Source of the DNA: Chiloscyllium plagiosum
Taxonomy: Eukaryota
DNA: 56,515 bases
Assembly: GCF_004010195.1 (NCBI RefSeq)
Contig: NC_057756.1
Span: forward strand, 5,220,348-5,276,862
Reading direction: 5' to 3'
The position numbers and the translations under genes were made by a program. Positions 11,660 through 24,827 of this stretch are shown in pieces. How positions within the stretch are numbered: the first letter of the stretch is position 1; the number at the start of each line of letters is the position of its first letter. Under the pieces are notes generated by a model. The model worked only from the letters and a program-made list of their open reading frames with translations, had not been told where the DNA came from and did no database searches.

Positions 11660-14600
11660 GCTATACATTGCCTGGTTGTGGGGTACAGTTTCGGGGTGCT
11701 TTAGGCACTGTGCCTGGGTGTGGGGTACAGTTTTGAGATATTGTAGGGACTGTGCCTGGGTGTTGGGTACAGTTTCGGGATACTGTAGTCACTGTGCCTG
11801 GGTATGGGGTACAGTTTCGGAAGACTGTAGGCACTGTGCCTGGGTGTGGGGTACAGCTTTGGGATACTGTAGTCACTGTGCCTGGGTGTGGAGTACATTT
11901 TCGGGATAATGTAGGGACTGTGCCTCAGTGTGGGGTACAGTTTTGGGATGCTGTAGGCAGTGTTCCTGGGTGTGGGGTACAGTTTCGGGATGCTGGAGGC
12001 ACTGTGCCTGGGTGTGGGGTACAGTTTCGGGATGCTGTAGGCATTGTGCCTGGGTGTGTGATACAGTTTCAGGATACTGTAGGCACTGTGCGTGGGTGTG
12101 TGATACAGTTTCAGGATACTGTAGGCACTGTGCCTGGGTGTGTGATACAGTTTCAGGATACTGCAGGCACTGTGCCTGGATGTGTGATACAGTTTCAGGA
12201 TACTGTAGGGACAGTGCCTGGGTGTGAGGTACTGTTTCGGGATACTGCAGGCACTGTGCCTGGGTGTGTGATACAGTTTCAGGATACTGTAGGCACTGTG
12301 GAGGAGAAAGTGAGGACTGCAGATGCTGGAGATCAGAGCTGAAAATATGTTGCTGGAAACGCGCAGCAGGTCAGGCAGCATCCAAGGAACAGGAGAATCG
12401 ACGTTTCGGGCATAGGCCCTTCTTCAGGAATCAGGCCTCATTCCTGAAGAAGGGCTTATGCCTGAAACGTCGATTCTCCTGTTCCTTGGATGCTGCCTGA
12501 CCTGCTGCGCTTTTCCAGCAACACATTTTCAGCACTGTAGTCACTATGCCTGGGTGTGGGGTATAGTTTCGGGATACTGTAGGGACTGTGCATGCGTGTG
12601 GGGTACAGTTTCGGGATACTGTAGGCTCTGTGCCTGTGTTTCAGGTTCAGTTTCAGATTACTGCAGTGACTGTGCCCGGGTGTGGGTACAGTTTCGGGAT
12701 ACTGTAGGCACTGTGCCTGGGTGTGGGGTACAGTTTCAGGATACTGTAGGCACTGTGCCTGGGTGTGGGGTACAGTTTCGGGATACTGTAGGCAATGTGT
12801 CTGAGTGTGGGGTAAACTATCGAGATACTGTATGCACTGTGCCTGGGTGTGGGGTACTGTTTCGGGATATTGTAGGGATAGTGCCTGGGTGTGTGGTACA
12901 GTTTCGGGATACTGTAGTCACTGTGCCTGGGTGTGGGGTACTGTTTCGGGTTACTATAGGGAATGTGCCTGAGTGTGTGTACAGTTTCGGAATACTGTAG
13001 GCTCTGTGCCTGTGTTTCAGGTACAGTTTCAGGTTACTGTAGTGACTGTGCCTGGGTGTGGGGTACAGTTTCGGGGTACTGTAGGGACTGTGCCTGAGAG
13101 TGGGGTGCTGTTTCGGGATACTGTAGGCTGAGTGTGGGGTACAGTTTCAGGATTCTGTAGGCACTGTGCCTGGGTGTGGGGTACAGTTTCAGGATTCTGT
13201 AGACACTGTGCCTGGGTGTGTGGTACAGTTTCAGGATGCTGTCAGGACTGTGCCTGGGTGTGGGGTAAAGTTTCGGGATACTGTAGGCACTGTGCCTGAG
13301 TGTGGGGTACAGTTTCGGGATACTGTATGCACTGTGTCTGGGTGTGGGGTACAGTTTCAGGATGCTGTTGGGACTGTGCCTGGGTGGGGTACAGTTTCAG
13401 GATACTGTAGGCACTGTGCCTGGGTGTGGGGTACAGTTTCGGGATACTGTAGGCTCTGTGTCTGGGTGTGGGGTACAGTTTCAGGATGCTGTAGGCACTG
13501 TGCCTGAGTGTGGAATACAGCTTCGGGATACTGTAGGCGCTGTGCCTGGGTGTTGGTTACATATTCGGGATACTGTAGGGACTATGCCTAGGTGTGGGGT
13601 ACAGTCTCGGGATACTACAAGCACTGTGCCTAAGTGTGGGGTACAGTTTCGGGATGCTGTAGGGACTGTGCCTGGGTGTTGGGTACAGTTTCGGGATACT
13701 GTAGGGACTGTGTCTGGGTGTGGGGTACAGTTTTGGGATGCTGTAGGGACTGTGCCTGGGTGTGGGGTACAGTTTCGGGATACTGTAGGGACTGTGTCTG
13801 GGTGTGGGGTACAGTTTTGGGATGCTGTAGGCAATGTGCTTGAGTGTGGAATACAGCTTCGGGATACTGTAGGCGCTGTGCCTGGGTGTTGGTTACATAT
13901 TCGGGATACTGTAGGGACTATGCCTAGGTGTGGGGTACAGTCTCGGGATACTACAAGCACTGTGCCTAAGTGTGGGGTACAGTTTCGGGATGCTGTAGGG
14001 ACTTACAGTTTCGGATACTGTAGGGACTGTGTCTGGGTGTGGGGTACAGTTTTGGGATGCTGTAGGGACTGTGCCTGGGTGTGGGGTACAGTTTCGGGAT
14101 ACTGTAGGGACTGTGTCTGGGTGTGGGGTACAGTTTTGGGATGCTGTAGGCACTGTGCCTGGGTGTGGGGTACAGTTTCGGGATACTGTAGGGACTGTGC
14201 CCGGGTGTGGGTACAGTTTCGGGATACTGTAGGCACTGTGCCTGGGTGTGTGGTACAGTTTCGGGATACTGTAGGGACTGTGCCCGGGTGTGGGTACAGT
14301 TTCGGGATACTGTAGGCACTGTGCCTGGGTGTGTGGTACAGTTTCGGGATGCTGTATGCACTGTGCCTGGGTGTGGGGTACAGTTTCGGGATACTGTAGG
14401 CACTGTGCCTGGGTGTGGGGTACAGTTTCGGGATACTGTGGGCACTGTGCCTGGGTGTGGGGTACAGTTTCGTGATACTGTAGGGAAAGTGCCTGGGTGT
14501 GGGGTACAGTTTCGTGATACTGTAGGGAAAGTGCCTGGGTGTGGGGTACAGTTTCAGGATACTGTAGGGAAAGTGCCTGGGTGTGGGGTAAAGTATCGAG

Positions 14601-15265
14601 ATATTTTAGGCTCTGTGCCTGGAAGTGGGGTACAGTTTCAGGATACTGTAGGCTCTGTGCCTGGACATCGGGTACAGTTTCGGGATACTGTAGGCTGTGT
14701 GTGGGGTACAGTTTCGGGTTGCTGTAGGCACTGTGCCTGGGTGTGGGGTTAAGTATCGAGATACTGTAGGGACTGTGCCTGGAAGTTGGGTACTGTTTCA
14801 GGATACTGTAGTCACGATACCTGAGTGTGGGGTACATTTTCGGAGTACTGTAGTCACGGTGCCTGGGTGTGAGGTACAGTTTTGGGATAGTGTAGGCTTT
14901 GTGCCTGGAAGTGGGGTACAGTTTTAGGATACTATTGGCACTGTGTTAGGGTGTGGGGTACAGTTTTGGGATACTGTAGGCTCTGTACCTGGGTGTGGGG
15001 TACTTTTTGGGATACTGTAGGGACTGTGGCTGGGTGTGGGGTACAGTTTCGGAGTATTGTAGGCTCTGTGCCTGGGTGTGGGGTACAGTCTCGGGATAGA
15101 GTAGGCACTGTGCCTGTGTGTGGGTTACAGTCTCGGCATACTGTAGGCACTGTGCCTGTGTGTGGGTTACAGTCTCGGCATTCTGTAGGCACTGCGCCTG
15201 GGTATGGGGTACAGTCTCGGGATACTGTAGGCTCCGTGCCTGGATGTGGGGTACCGTTTCGGGAC
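11660..15265. repeat. 42-bp minisatellite, ~3.4 kb (about 80 units)
   Basis: Unit gggtgtggggtacagtttcgggatactgtaggcactgtgcct, which explains the 14-aa repeat ORFs (GCGVQFRDTVGTVP). Confidence 0.97.
12301..12533. mobile_element. Fold-back Penelope family B insert with two opposed hammerhead motifs
   Basis: Inverted arms at ~12337-12431 and 12440-12533. Cores CTGAAGA..GAAACGTC at 12404-12427 (-) and 12444-12467 (+). Inserted in the 42-bp satellite. Confidence 0.88.
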
Positions 15266-16654
15266 ATTCTAATCTCGGTGTCTGGTGTGCTTTCTCAAAT
15301 AACCTGTGTCATTATCGCGATGGCGGTGTTTGTGTGTTCCTCATGTCTCTAAAGCCCAGTCTGCTCATTGTTAAAAATGATTGATAACCATACCAGTTGC
15401 AATATGGTCCGGGTTCAATTCAGCCTGTTCAGATATTTTCTCATCAGCCTGTTCCAGGAATACTCCGCGGCCTGTTGCGATACTCCGCGGCCAGTAGGTT
15501 TTAATCCCGAGCCTCCTGGCTCAGAGGTCTGGACACAGAAGCCCCCTGTATCAATCCCCACACAAATCCCCCTTTTTAACCCGCTCCTCGGGATCTGTGT
15601 GATTTTGAGGCTGGTAGATCTTGTTTCTCCTCTTCCCCATTGCCCAATAAAAGTTGGGAGAGTTTGTGTGCACGTGAGTCACTCGGCTGCCCTTGGAACT
15701 GTGCTATCAGGGCCAGAAGGAATGTGTGCAGCCTCATAATTTATTCAGACAGGCAGATAAAAGGCTGAAGGGCGTTCAGGCAGGCAGAGCTGAGCTGTCC
15801 GAGTTGGAGAGAGGAACTCGTGCTGTCTCTCTCAGAACAGTCAAAGAGTAAGTTCAGGCTGTCCCCTACCACGAGGAGGGTCTTCCATGGACTGGAAGAC
15901 AGCAGGTAAAATGAATCTACTGTTGTCTGTTCATTCAGGCATCGCTGCCTGAGACTGCCTTCAGCAGCCCTGCCTGAACTACTGTGGACTGTTCAGTCTT
16001 GGATCACCCACAGAATAGGATGGGGAGAGACGTGGGGAAGGGAGAGAGGGGAAGGTGGGTAGGCGAGAAGGTGGGAAGAGGTGGCGTTGGGGAGGTCGTT
16101 TTGGGCAGGGGTAGAGAGAGGGTGACCGAGAGCGAACGAAACAAGGAAGCGGNNNNNNNNNNNNNNNNNNNNNNNNNNNNNNNNNNNNNNNNNNNNNNNN
16201 NNNNNNNNNNNNNNNNNNNNNNNNNNNNNNNNNNNNNNNNNNNNNNNNNNNNNNNNNNNNNNNNNNNNNNNNNNNNNNNNNNNNNNNNNNNNNNNNNNNN
16301 NNNNNNNNNNNNNNNNNNNNNNNNNNNNNNNNNNNNNNNNNNNNNNNNNNNNNNNNNNNNNNNNNNNNNNNNNNNNNNNNNNNNNNNNNNNNNNNNNNNN
16401 NNNNNNNNNNNNNNNNNNNNNNNNNNNNNNNNNNNNNNNNNNNNNNNNNNNNNNNNNNNNNNNNNNNNNNNNNNNNNNNNNNNNNNNNNNNNNNNNNNNN
16501 NNNNNNNNNNNNNNNNNNNNNNNNNNNNNNNNNNNNNNNNNNNNNNNNNNNNNNNNNNNNNNNNNNNNNNNNNNNNNNNNNNNNNNNNNNNNNNNNNNNN
16601 NNNNNNNNNNNNNNNNNNNNNNNNNNNNNNNNNNNNNNNNNNNNNNNNNNNNCT

Positions 16655-17262
16655 ACTCCTGCACCTATTGTCTATTGTCTATAATAGGAAGAATGTGGAA
16701 AGGTTCAGAGGCAATTTACCAGGTATGGAGGGAAGGTCTGATAAGGAAAGGCTGAGGGACTTGAGGCTGTTTTTGTTAGAGAGAAGAAGGTTGAGAGGTG
16801 ACTTAATAGAAACATATAAGATAATCAGAGGGTTAGATAGGGTGGACAGGGAGAGCCTATTTCCTCGGATGGTGATGGCTAGCATGAGGGGACATAGCTT
16901 TAAATATAGGACAGATATCAGAGGTAATTTCTTTACTCAGAGAGTAGTAGGGGCATGGAACGCACTGCCTGCAGTAGTAGCAGACTCACCAACTTTAAGG
17001 GTATTTAAATGGTCATTGGATAAACATATGGACGAGAATGGAATAGTGTCGGTTAGATAGGCCTCAGATTGGTTACACAGATCGGTGCAACATGAATAGG
17101 AAGGGTTTGGAGGGATATGGGCCAGGTGCTGGCAGGTGGGACTAGATTGGGTTAGGATATCTGGTCGGCATGGACCGAAGGGTCTGTTTCCATGCTGTAC
17201 ATCTCTATGACTGTATAACATCGAGGGCCAAAGGGCCTGTACTGGGCTGGAATGTTCTGTGT
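16655..17262 (+). mobile_element. CR1-clade LINE 3' ends (nested)
   Basis: LERRRLRGDLIETYKIIRGLDRVD...FFTQRVVGAWNALP and typical 3' tails. Confidence 0.9.
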
Positions 17263-17594
17263 TCTTTGGATGGTGTTCCTATGTACCTGTTGCCCTTGCC
17301 CTTCCAGATGGAAGGGGTCATGGGTTCGGGAGGTGTAGTCTTCTTTCAAACAAAATCGTTCACAGGATGAGGACATCGCGAGTCAGGCCAGCATTTATTG
17401 CCCATCCTTAATTGCCCATCCTTAATTGCCCAAAGGACAGTTAAGAGTCAGCCGCGTTGCTGTGGGTCTGGAGTCGCATGTTGGCCGGACCACGCGAGGA
17501 CAGCAGAATTCCGTCCCTAAGGAACGCCATCAACAACTGCATGCTCATTGTTAGACACTTCACCCCAAGCTTGTACTGATCACAGAACACAGAC

Positions 17595-18340
17595 AGAATC
17601 CCAACAGTGTGGAAACAGGCCATTTGGCCCAACAAGCGCACACCGCCCCTCTGAAGGGTAACCAACCCAGACCCATTCCCCCAAGGACTGCTACTCTACA
17701 TTTACCCCTGACTAATGCATCTAACCTCCACATCCCTGGGCACGATGGGACAATTTAGCACGGCCAATCCACCCTAACCTGCACATCCCTGGGCGCTATG
17801 GGACAATTTAGCATGGCCAATCCACCCTAACCTGCACATCCCTGGGCGCTATGGGACAATTTTGCATGGCCAATCCACCCTAACCTGCACATCCCTGGAC
17901 AGTATGGGACAATTTAGCATGGCCAATCCACCCTAACCTACACATCCCTGGACACTATGGGATCATTTAGCATGGCCAATCCACCCTAACCTGCACATCC
18001 CTGGACACTATGGGATCATTTAGCATGGCCAAGCCACCCTAACCTGCACATCCCTGGACACTATGGGACAATTTAGCATGGCCAATCCACCCTAACCTAC
18101 ACATCGCTGGGCACAATGGAACAATTTAGCACGGCCAAGGCACCCTAACCTGCACATCCCTGGGCACAATGGAACAATTTAGCATGGCCAATCCACCCTA
18201 ACCTACACATGTTTGGTCTGTGGGAAGAAACCAGGGCACCCGGAGGAAACCCACGCAGATATGGGGTGAATGTGCAAACTCCACACACAGTCACTCCAAA
18301 GCTGGAATCGGTCCCGGGTCCCTGGCGCTGGGAGGCAGCG
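17595..18340 (-). mobile_element. HE1-type SINE with ~9 internal 53-bp repeats
   Basis: Tail at 17595-17720, array at ~17720-18210, core and head at 18210-18340. Confidence 0.88.
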
Positions 18341-18739
18341 GATTTAAAATCTGAATTAAAATTCCACCATCTGCTGTGGCGAGAATCCCGGAGCATTACC
18401 AGGATCTCTGGATTAACAGCTGGGCGATGGTACTACGAGAGGCTATCACTTCCTCTGTCTTCCGAGCACCCTCGCTGAGTTTCAGCAGTGTGCCTTCCAG
18501 ACGGTATACACTGAACCTGGGTTGTGGAGGGAACGGGGAAGTGGTGCCAATCTGAGGGGCTTGCAGTGTGTACGTTCTGCCCTTCCTGTTGTCCTTTTAC
18601 GACACCCCTGCCACCTCCACCTCCCCCCCCCCCCCCCCCCCCCCACCTGAGGGCTGGAGGGGACCCTTGGTTCTGAACTGCCCCTCCCCTGGAGCGGGGA
18701 GGAGATGGGGTACTGAGGGAAATCTCTGCTCCTCCTTAC

Positions 18740-18885
18740 CGCCAGCAGCTCGGTCTCAGTGATGTTCCAGAAGCTCTTCCAGAAATGCACGTCCAGGTTC
18801 TGAGTGAGTCGCTCAAACTCGGAGCCGCGCAGCTCGGGGTCGATGGCGTATTTGCCACTGGTGAAGATGGAGGTGGCGGCCACGC
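18740..18885 (-). CDS. LIPE: Hormone-sensitive lipase, third coding exon (146 nt, [48 protein letters not shown])
   Basis: Matches the HSL motif [31 protein letters not shown]. Acceptor ccccag|GC completes the Gly codon split from the previous exon. Donor GCG|GTAAGG, phase 0. Confidence 0.97.
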
Positions 18886-19374
18886 CTGGGGTGGGGGGGA
18901 AAGGAAATCAATCTGTCAGCTTCAGCGAGAGCAGGGAGCGGCACGTCACTGATCCGCAATCCCCCCCCCGCCCTCTCCCCAGCCTGAACGTCTTCGTCCC
19001 CTCTCCCGCACAACCCTGTCCCCCCACCATCCAAACCCAGGGAGCACAGCAAGCTCCCGCAGGACTGCAGAAACGATACAACGTGGACGTACTGGGGTCG
19101 CTCGGCCCATCTCCTCCGTGCCGGCCCCAGACACCCTTCCTAATCTCCACCCTGGCAGTGCATTAAAACCCTGGGTACTTGTAAACAAAGTGCCTCCAGC
19201 ACTTAGCTCAGGCAGTGAATTCCAGGCACCCGTCATCCTCAGCGTGAAAATGGAACTTTATCCTTGTGTCCCCTTGAAGTCTGTCCACAGCTTCCTTTGA
19301 ATCCATGAGCCCTGGACGCTCTGTGCCAAGGGAAACAGGTTCACACCCCCGTCTCACTCTATCACTGCTCTGTC

Positions 19375-19562
19375 AGGAGAAAGTGAGGTCTGCAGATGCT
19401 GGAGATCAGAGCTGAAAATGTGTTGCTGGAACAGTGCAGCAGGTCAGGCAGCATCCAGGGAACAGGAGGGCTGAAGAAGGGCTTATGCCCGAAACGTCGA
19501 TTCTCCTGTTCCCTGGATGTTGCCTGACCTGCTGCGCTGTTCCAGCAACACATTTTCAGCTC
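19375..19562. mobile_element. Fold-back Penelope family B insert with 13-bp TSD
   Basis: TSD ctgctctgtcagg at 19365-19377 and 19562-19574. Core CTGAAGA-A-GGGC-TTAT-GCCC-GAAACGTC at 19471-19498. Confidence 0.9.
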
Positions 19563-19759
19563 TGCTCTGTCAGGCTCAGCAAGGCAGCGAGAGATGGCCA
19601 TCTGTACTGCTCCTGTTGCCAGACATGATCAGCGCCCCCCCCCACCTTTGTCTCACTGACCTCAGGGCCCCGTACAGCAGCACCGTCCACCTCCCCCAAG
19701 CCCCTTCCCTGCACTGCGTGGGTCAGCCCAGAGCGCAGCAGGGTTACCGTTGGTACAAG

Positions 19760-20098
19760 AGAGGTGATGGACTCATGGTATTATCACTGGATCGTCAATC
19801 CAGAGAGCCCGGTTACGTTCTGAGGATCCACGGTTCGAACCCGATCACGACAGAAATTTAAATTCAATACGCATCTAGAATTAGGAGTTTTAACGATGCC
19901 CATGAAAATTGTTCGGGGAAAAACCCACTGGGTGCACTAATGCCCTTAAGGGAAGGAAACTACCCTCCTTACTTGGTCTGGGCCTACATGTGACCCACAG
20001 CAATGTGACAGACTCTTGACTGCCCAGAGGGCAATTAGGGACGGGTAATAAATGCTGGGGTGGCCAGCGACGTCCTCACCCCATGAATGAATAAAGAA
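19760..20098 (+). mobile_element. SINE with tRNA-like head and CR1-type tail
   Basis: B-box-like ggttcgaaccc at ~19832. The 3' part is shared with 1720-1850, 8135-8655, 17355-17525 and 35820-35930. Confidence 0.65.
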
Positions 20099-20369
20099 AA
20101 CAGAAAATTTCGGAGAGGTGTCATGAGAGGCCGCATCTTCCTCTCAGCCCTGCAGAGTGCATATCTGCCAACGTTGCTCCCCTCCCCTCCACCAAGGGCA
20201 GACTGCACCCCTCTGTTCCCCACAGGAGCTGACCACCACAGAGGATGTGTGCAGTCGCAAGAGTAACGGCAGGGTTAAGGGACAGTGTTGGGCGCTGGAC
20301 TCTGATGAGAGTCATGCAGGGTCAGGTGGTTGTGGTAAAGTTACTACACTTGCCCATGATGTCTGCAAA

Positions 20370-21940
20370 ATCACTTCTGGTGTTTATTACAAAAGGACTG
20401 GATTATAAAAAATGAAGAAGTGCTGTTACAATTATATAAGGCACTGGCGAGACCACACCGAGAGTATTGTGCCCAGCTCTGGTCCCCTTACTTGAGGAAG
20501 GATGTGGTGGCACTGGAGGTGCTCCAGAGGAGATACACCAGATTGATCCCAGGGATGAAAAGGCTGTGGTCCAAGGAGCAGTTGCACAACTTGGGCTTGT
20601 ACTCGCTGGAGTTTGGGGGCGACATGGTGGCTCAGTGCACTGCCGCCTCCCAGCGCCAGGGACCCGGGTTCAATCCCACCCTTGGGCGACCATCTGTGTG
20701 GACTTTGCATATTCTCACCGTAACTGCGTGGGTTTCCTCCGAGTGCTCCGGTTTCCACCCACAGTCCAAAGGTGTGCAGGTTAGGCTGGATTGGCCGTGC
20801 CAAATTGCCCCATAGTGCCCAGGGATGTGCAGGTTAGGGTGGATTGGCCGTGCTATATTGTCCCATAGTGCCCAGGGATGTGCAGGTTAGGGTGGATTGG
20901 CCGTGCCAAATTGTCCCATAGTGCCCAGGGATGTGCAGGTTAGGGTGGATTGGACGTGCCAAATTGTCCCATAGTGCCCAGGGATGTGTAGGTTAGGGTG
21001 GATTGGCCATGCTAAATTGTCCCATCGTGCCCAGGACTGTGTAGGTTAGGGTGGGTTGGCCATGCTAAATTGTCCCATCGTGCCCAGGACTGTGTAGGTT
21101 AGGGTGGATTGGCCATGCTAAATTGTCCCATAGTGCTCAGGGATGTGCAGGTTAGGGTGGATTGGCCGTGCTAAATTGTCCCATAATGCCTAGGGACGTG
21201 CAGGTTAGGGTGGATTGGCCTTGCTAAATTGTCCCATAGTGTCCAGGGAATGTGCAGGTTAGGGTGGATTGGCCATGCTAAATTGTCCCATAGTGCCCAG
21301 GGATGTGTAGGTTAGGGTGGATTGGCCATGCTAAATTGTCCCACAATGCCCAGAGATGAGCAGGTTAGGGTGGATTGGCCGTGCTAAATTGTCCCATAGT
21401 GTCCAGGGATGTGTAGGTTAGGGTGGATTGGTCATGCTAAATTGTCCCATAGTGCCCAGGGATGTGCAGATTAGGTACCTCAATCGGGGGAAATATAGGT
21501 TATTCGGGGAATGGGTCTGGGTGGGTTACTCTTCGGAGGGTCTGTGTGTACTTGTGAGGCTGAAGAGCCTGTTTCCACACTATAGGGAATCTGTTCCATT
21601 GTATTCTCGAGTGAGGGGGGACCTGACTGAGGTATTTCAAATGGCGAAGGGGATTGATGAGGTGGATGTTGAACGGATGCTCCCTTTTGTGGGATAGTCT
21701 TGAACAAGAGGTCACAGATAATGAAGTTAGTTTCAAAACTGAGGCAAAGAGAAACTGCTTCCCTCGGAGAGTTGTGAATCTGCAGAATCAAACAGCAAGA
21801 AAGGAACAGGTCTGTTTCTGATGGAAAGAGAGATAAAGGGCAATGGGGAGCAGGCAGGAGACCCGAGTTGAGATCGGGACAGCGTTAAATGGCGGAGCGG
21901 GCTAGAAGGGTTGAACTGCCTGCTCCCTAATTCCTGTGTA
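20370..21940 (+). mobile_element. CR1 LINE 3' fragment split by an HE1-type SINE (20615-21590) with ~13 internal 53-bp repeats
   Basis: LLQLYKALARPHREYCAQLWSPYLRKD before the SINE and RGDLTEVFQMAKGID after it. Array at ~20771-21475. Confidence 0.9.
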
Positions 21941-22310
21941 AACACAACAGAAGGCTTCAGCTCTCCCACAGACCAGGAGGAGGAGGAGATCATGCTGGAA
22001 AAGAAGGCAGTGAATTTCGAGTGTGCGTTCCAGGCCGTTGTCTGCAGCATTGTGCCTTGGAACACAGAAGGGGAGCGGATTTCATGGGAAATGACAAATG
22101 ACATCGCTTTGCAAACAATGGGCGCAACCGAGTTTCAGGGGGAGGCGGTGAGATGGAAGGCAAAAGCTGCAGTGAACACGGTTATCAGGAAACCGCAGGG
22201 CAGGAGCGATTCAAGAGTTTTAGCGCAGAAGCAACGGAGAGGAAAAACCGAACAAACGCCACTTAAAGTTAAGCAATAGTTGTCACTGCAGGAGCCTGGG
22301 TAAAACACCA

Positions 22311-22500
22311 AGAGCTGAAAATGTGTTGCTGGAAAAGCGCAGCAGGTCAGGCAGCATCCAAGGAGCAGGAGAATCGACGTTTCGGGCATAAGCCCTTCGT
22401 CGATTCTCCTGCTCCTTCGATGCTGCCTGACCTGCTGCGCTTTTCCAGCAACACATTTTCAGCTCTGATCTCCAGCATCTGCAGCCCTCACTTTCTCCTC
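22311..22500. mobile_element. Fold-back Penelope family B insert with 14-bp TSD
   Basis: 69-bp arms at 22311-22379 and 22398-22466 with one mismatch. TSD taaaacaccaagag at 22301-22314 and 22507-22520. Confidence 0.9.
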
Positions 22501-23399
22501 GAAGAATAAAACACCAAGAGGCAAAGCGAGAAACCAGCAGCCTGAAAGAACGATATGAAGCGACAAAGGGACTCAAAGACACCAGATGAAATCTCTCAAA
22601 GACCAGCAAACCGAACGGCAGAGGTAGGAGTGAGGAGAGAGGTGTTAGTCTTGATTAGTGCCGCCCCTCTGCCTTACACAGTCGCAGGTGATAATGGAAA
22701 GGAAGCCAGAGACTTTCCAAGTGAGGTTCTCCAAGGGAGAGTCGTTTTGGCCCCGAAACACTATCTCTGTTCCTCTCTCTCTGCACAGATGCTTCTGGGA
22801 CTGCTGACTTTCTCCAGGGCAGTCAGCTTTAATTCCAGAGCTGAGCACCAGCAGCATTTTGAGTTTATGTCAATGTTATACGAGGGCTCAAGATCTGTTT
22901 CATGAGCACAATAGGACAAAGAAATCAAACTAAAGTAAGTAGAGGAATTTAGTATGTTTGGAAATAAAAAACGGCCATGGAAGAAAGTCATGGGAGTGAA
23001 GACAGACAGCTCTCCAGGATGTGATGGTTTACACCCCAGAGTGTTGAGGAGTTGATGTACAAACTGCAGGAAGTTCGGATGTGAGTTTTCCAAAACTCTT
23101 GACTCTGCTGAGGAATGATGCCATTGGATTGAGAAAATTCAAAATGTCACTGCATGGGTTAAGGTGGTCAAGAGAGAGAAACCAGTTGACTGCGGTCTGT
23201 AGGCATCCCTGACTGGGCCGGCATTGGTCGCTCATTCCCCAACTGGTCTCCAGGCTGGGAACCAGACAGACTCTAACCTCACACCTGTCTGAGTGGAGAT
23301 GTCACCTTTCCATCTGCTGACAAAACTTCAAGTTATCTTGGGAATGTGACTTGAAAGAAGTTCTGGGATGTACATGTTAATAAATTGAAACCTGAATCC

Positions 23400-24325
23400 A
23401 TAGAGTCATAGAGATGTACAGCACGGAAACAGACCCTTCGGTCCAGCCCGTCCATGCTGACCAGATATCCCAACCCAATCTAGTCCCACCTGCCAGCACC
23501 CGGCCCATATCCATCCAAACCCTTCCTATTCATATNNNNNNNNNNNNNNNNNNNNNNNNNNNNNNNNNNNNNNNNNNNNNNNNNNNNNNNNNNNNNNNNN
23601 NNNNNNNNNNNNNNNNNNNNNNNNNNNNNNNNNNNNNNNNNNNNNNNNNNNNNNNNNNNNNNNNNNNNNNNNNNNNNNNNNNNNNNNNNNNNNNNNNNNN
23701 NNNNNNNNNNNNNNNNNNNNNNNNNNNNNNNNNNNNNNNNNNNNNNNNNNNNNNNNNNNNNNNNNNNNNNNNNNNNNNNNNNNNNNNNNNNNNNNNNNNN
23801 NNNNNNNNNNNNNNNNNNNNNNNNNNNNNNNNNNNNNNNNNNNNNNACCTGCGACTCTACTTTCAAGGAGCTATGAACCTGCACTCCAAGGTCTCTTTGT
23901 TGAGCAACACGCCCTAGGACCTTACCATTAAGTGTATAAGTCCTGCTAAGATTTGCTTTCCCAAAATGCAGCACCTCGCATTTATCTGAATTAAACTCCA
24001 TCTGCCACTTCTCAGCCCATTGGCACAACTGATCAAGATCCTGTTGTAATATGAGGTAACCCTCTTTGCTGTCCAGTACACCTCCAATTTTGGTGTCATC
24101 TGCAAACTTACTAACTGTACCTCTTATGCTCACATCCAAATAATTTATATAAATGACAAAACGTAGAGGACCCACCACCGATCGTTGTGGCACTCCACTG
24201 GTCACAGGCCTCCAGTCTGAAAAACAACCCTACACCACCACCCTCTGTCTTCTACCTTTGAGCCAGTTCTGTATCCAAATGGCTAGTACTCCCTGTATTC
24301 CATGAGATCTAACCTTGTTAAGCAG
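23400..24325 (-). mobile_element. CR1-clade LINE ORF2 3' part (spans a gap)
   Basis: TSGVPQRSVVGPLRFVIYINYLD, SKFADDTKIGG and WQMEFNSDKCEVLHFG. Confidence 0.92.
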
Positions 24326-24492
24326 TGTATGACACTGTGATCTTTTACTATAAATTCTGTATCCTATGATCCTGCCCCACTAGTTACCTGACGAAGGAAC
24401 AGTGCTCTGAAGGCTTGCACTTCCAAATAAACCTGGTGTTGTGTGATTTCTAACTTTGTCCACCCCAGTCCAACACTGGCACCTCCGCATCA
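24326..24492 (+). mobile_element. Penelope family A terminal-repeat fragment, decayed hammerhead
   Basis: Similar to 820-960. CTGACGA at 24388, with the GAAA box mutated to GAAG. Confidence 0.7.
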
Positions 24493-24827
24493 GAGGGCGG
24501 TGGTGAGTCAGCAAGGAAAGGGAGGAGTTGATGGATACTGTAGGTAAAGGCAGAATGAATAGACGGACTGGGTGAAGGCTGTTGAAGAGACAGAGGCGAA
24601 GATGCAGAGCGTAGGAGGGTTAGAAGGATTTGCAGAATGGCGCTGAGTCCTCGAAGGGATTGAGAGGCGAGCTGAAATAATTCTGTGTTGGCCCAGAGCA
24701 GGCAGAATATTCCCAGTCTTACATGGCGAGTGGGCTTGACAATGGGAATGGGAGGAACAGCGACTTATTGATCTGTAGAAATTAACGTAGAAATGTAGGA
24801 AATGGGAGTAGGCTGTTCAGCTCTTTG

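Noticed and set aside
11628..15384. Long Cys/Trp- or Thr/Val/Pro-rich repeat ORFs resembling antifreeze or keratin-associated proteins
   Set aside because: They are translations of a 42-bp satellite, open on both strands, with frameshifts and a TE insertion.
15888..15905. MDWKTA start resembling a beta-connexin N-terminus
   Set aside because: Only five residues match and no connexin sequence follows.
17720..21475. CRISPR-like regular repeats
   Set aside because: Head-to-tail tandem units with no unique spacers, no cas genes, and a eukaryotic context.
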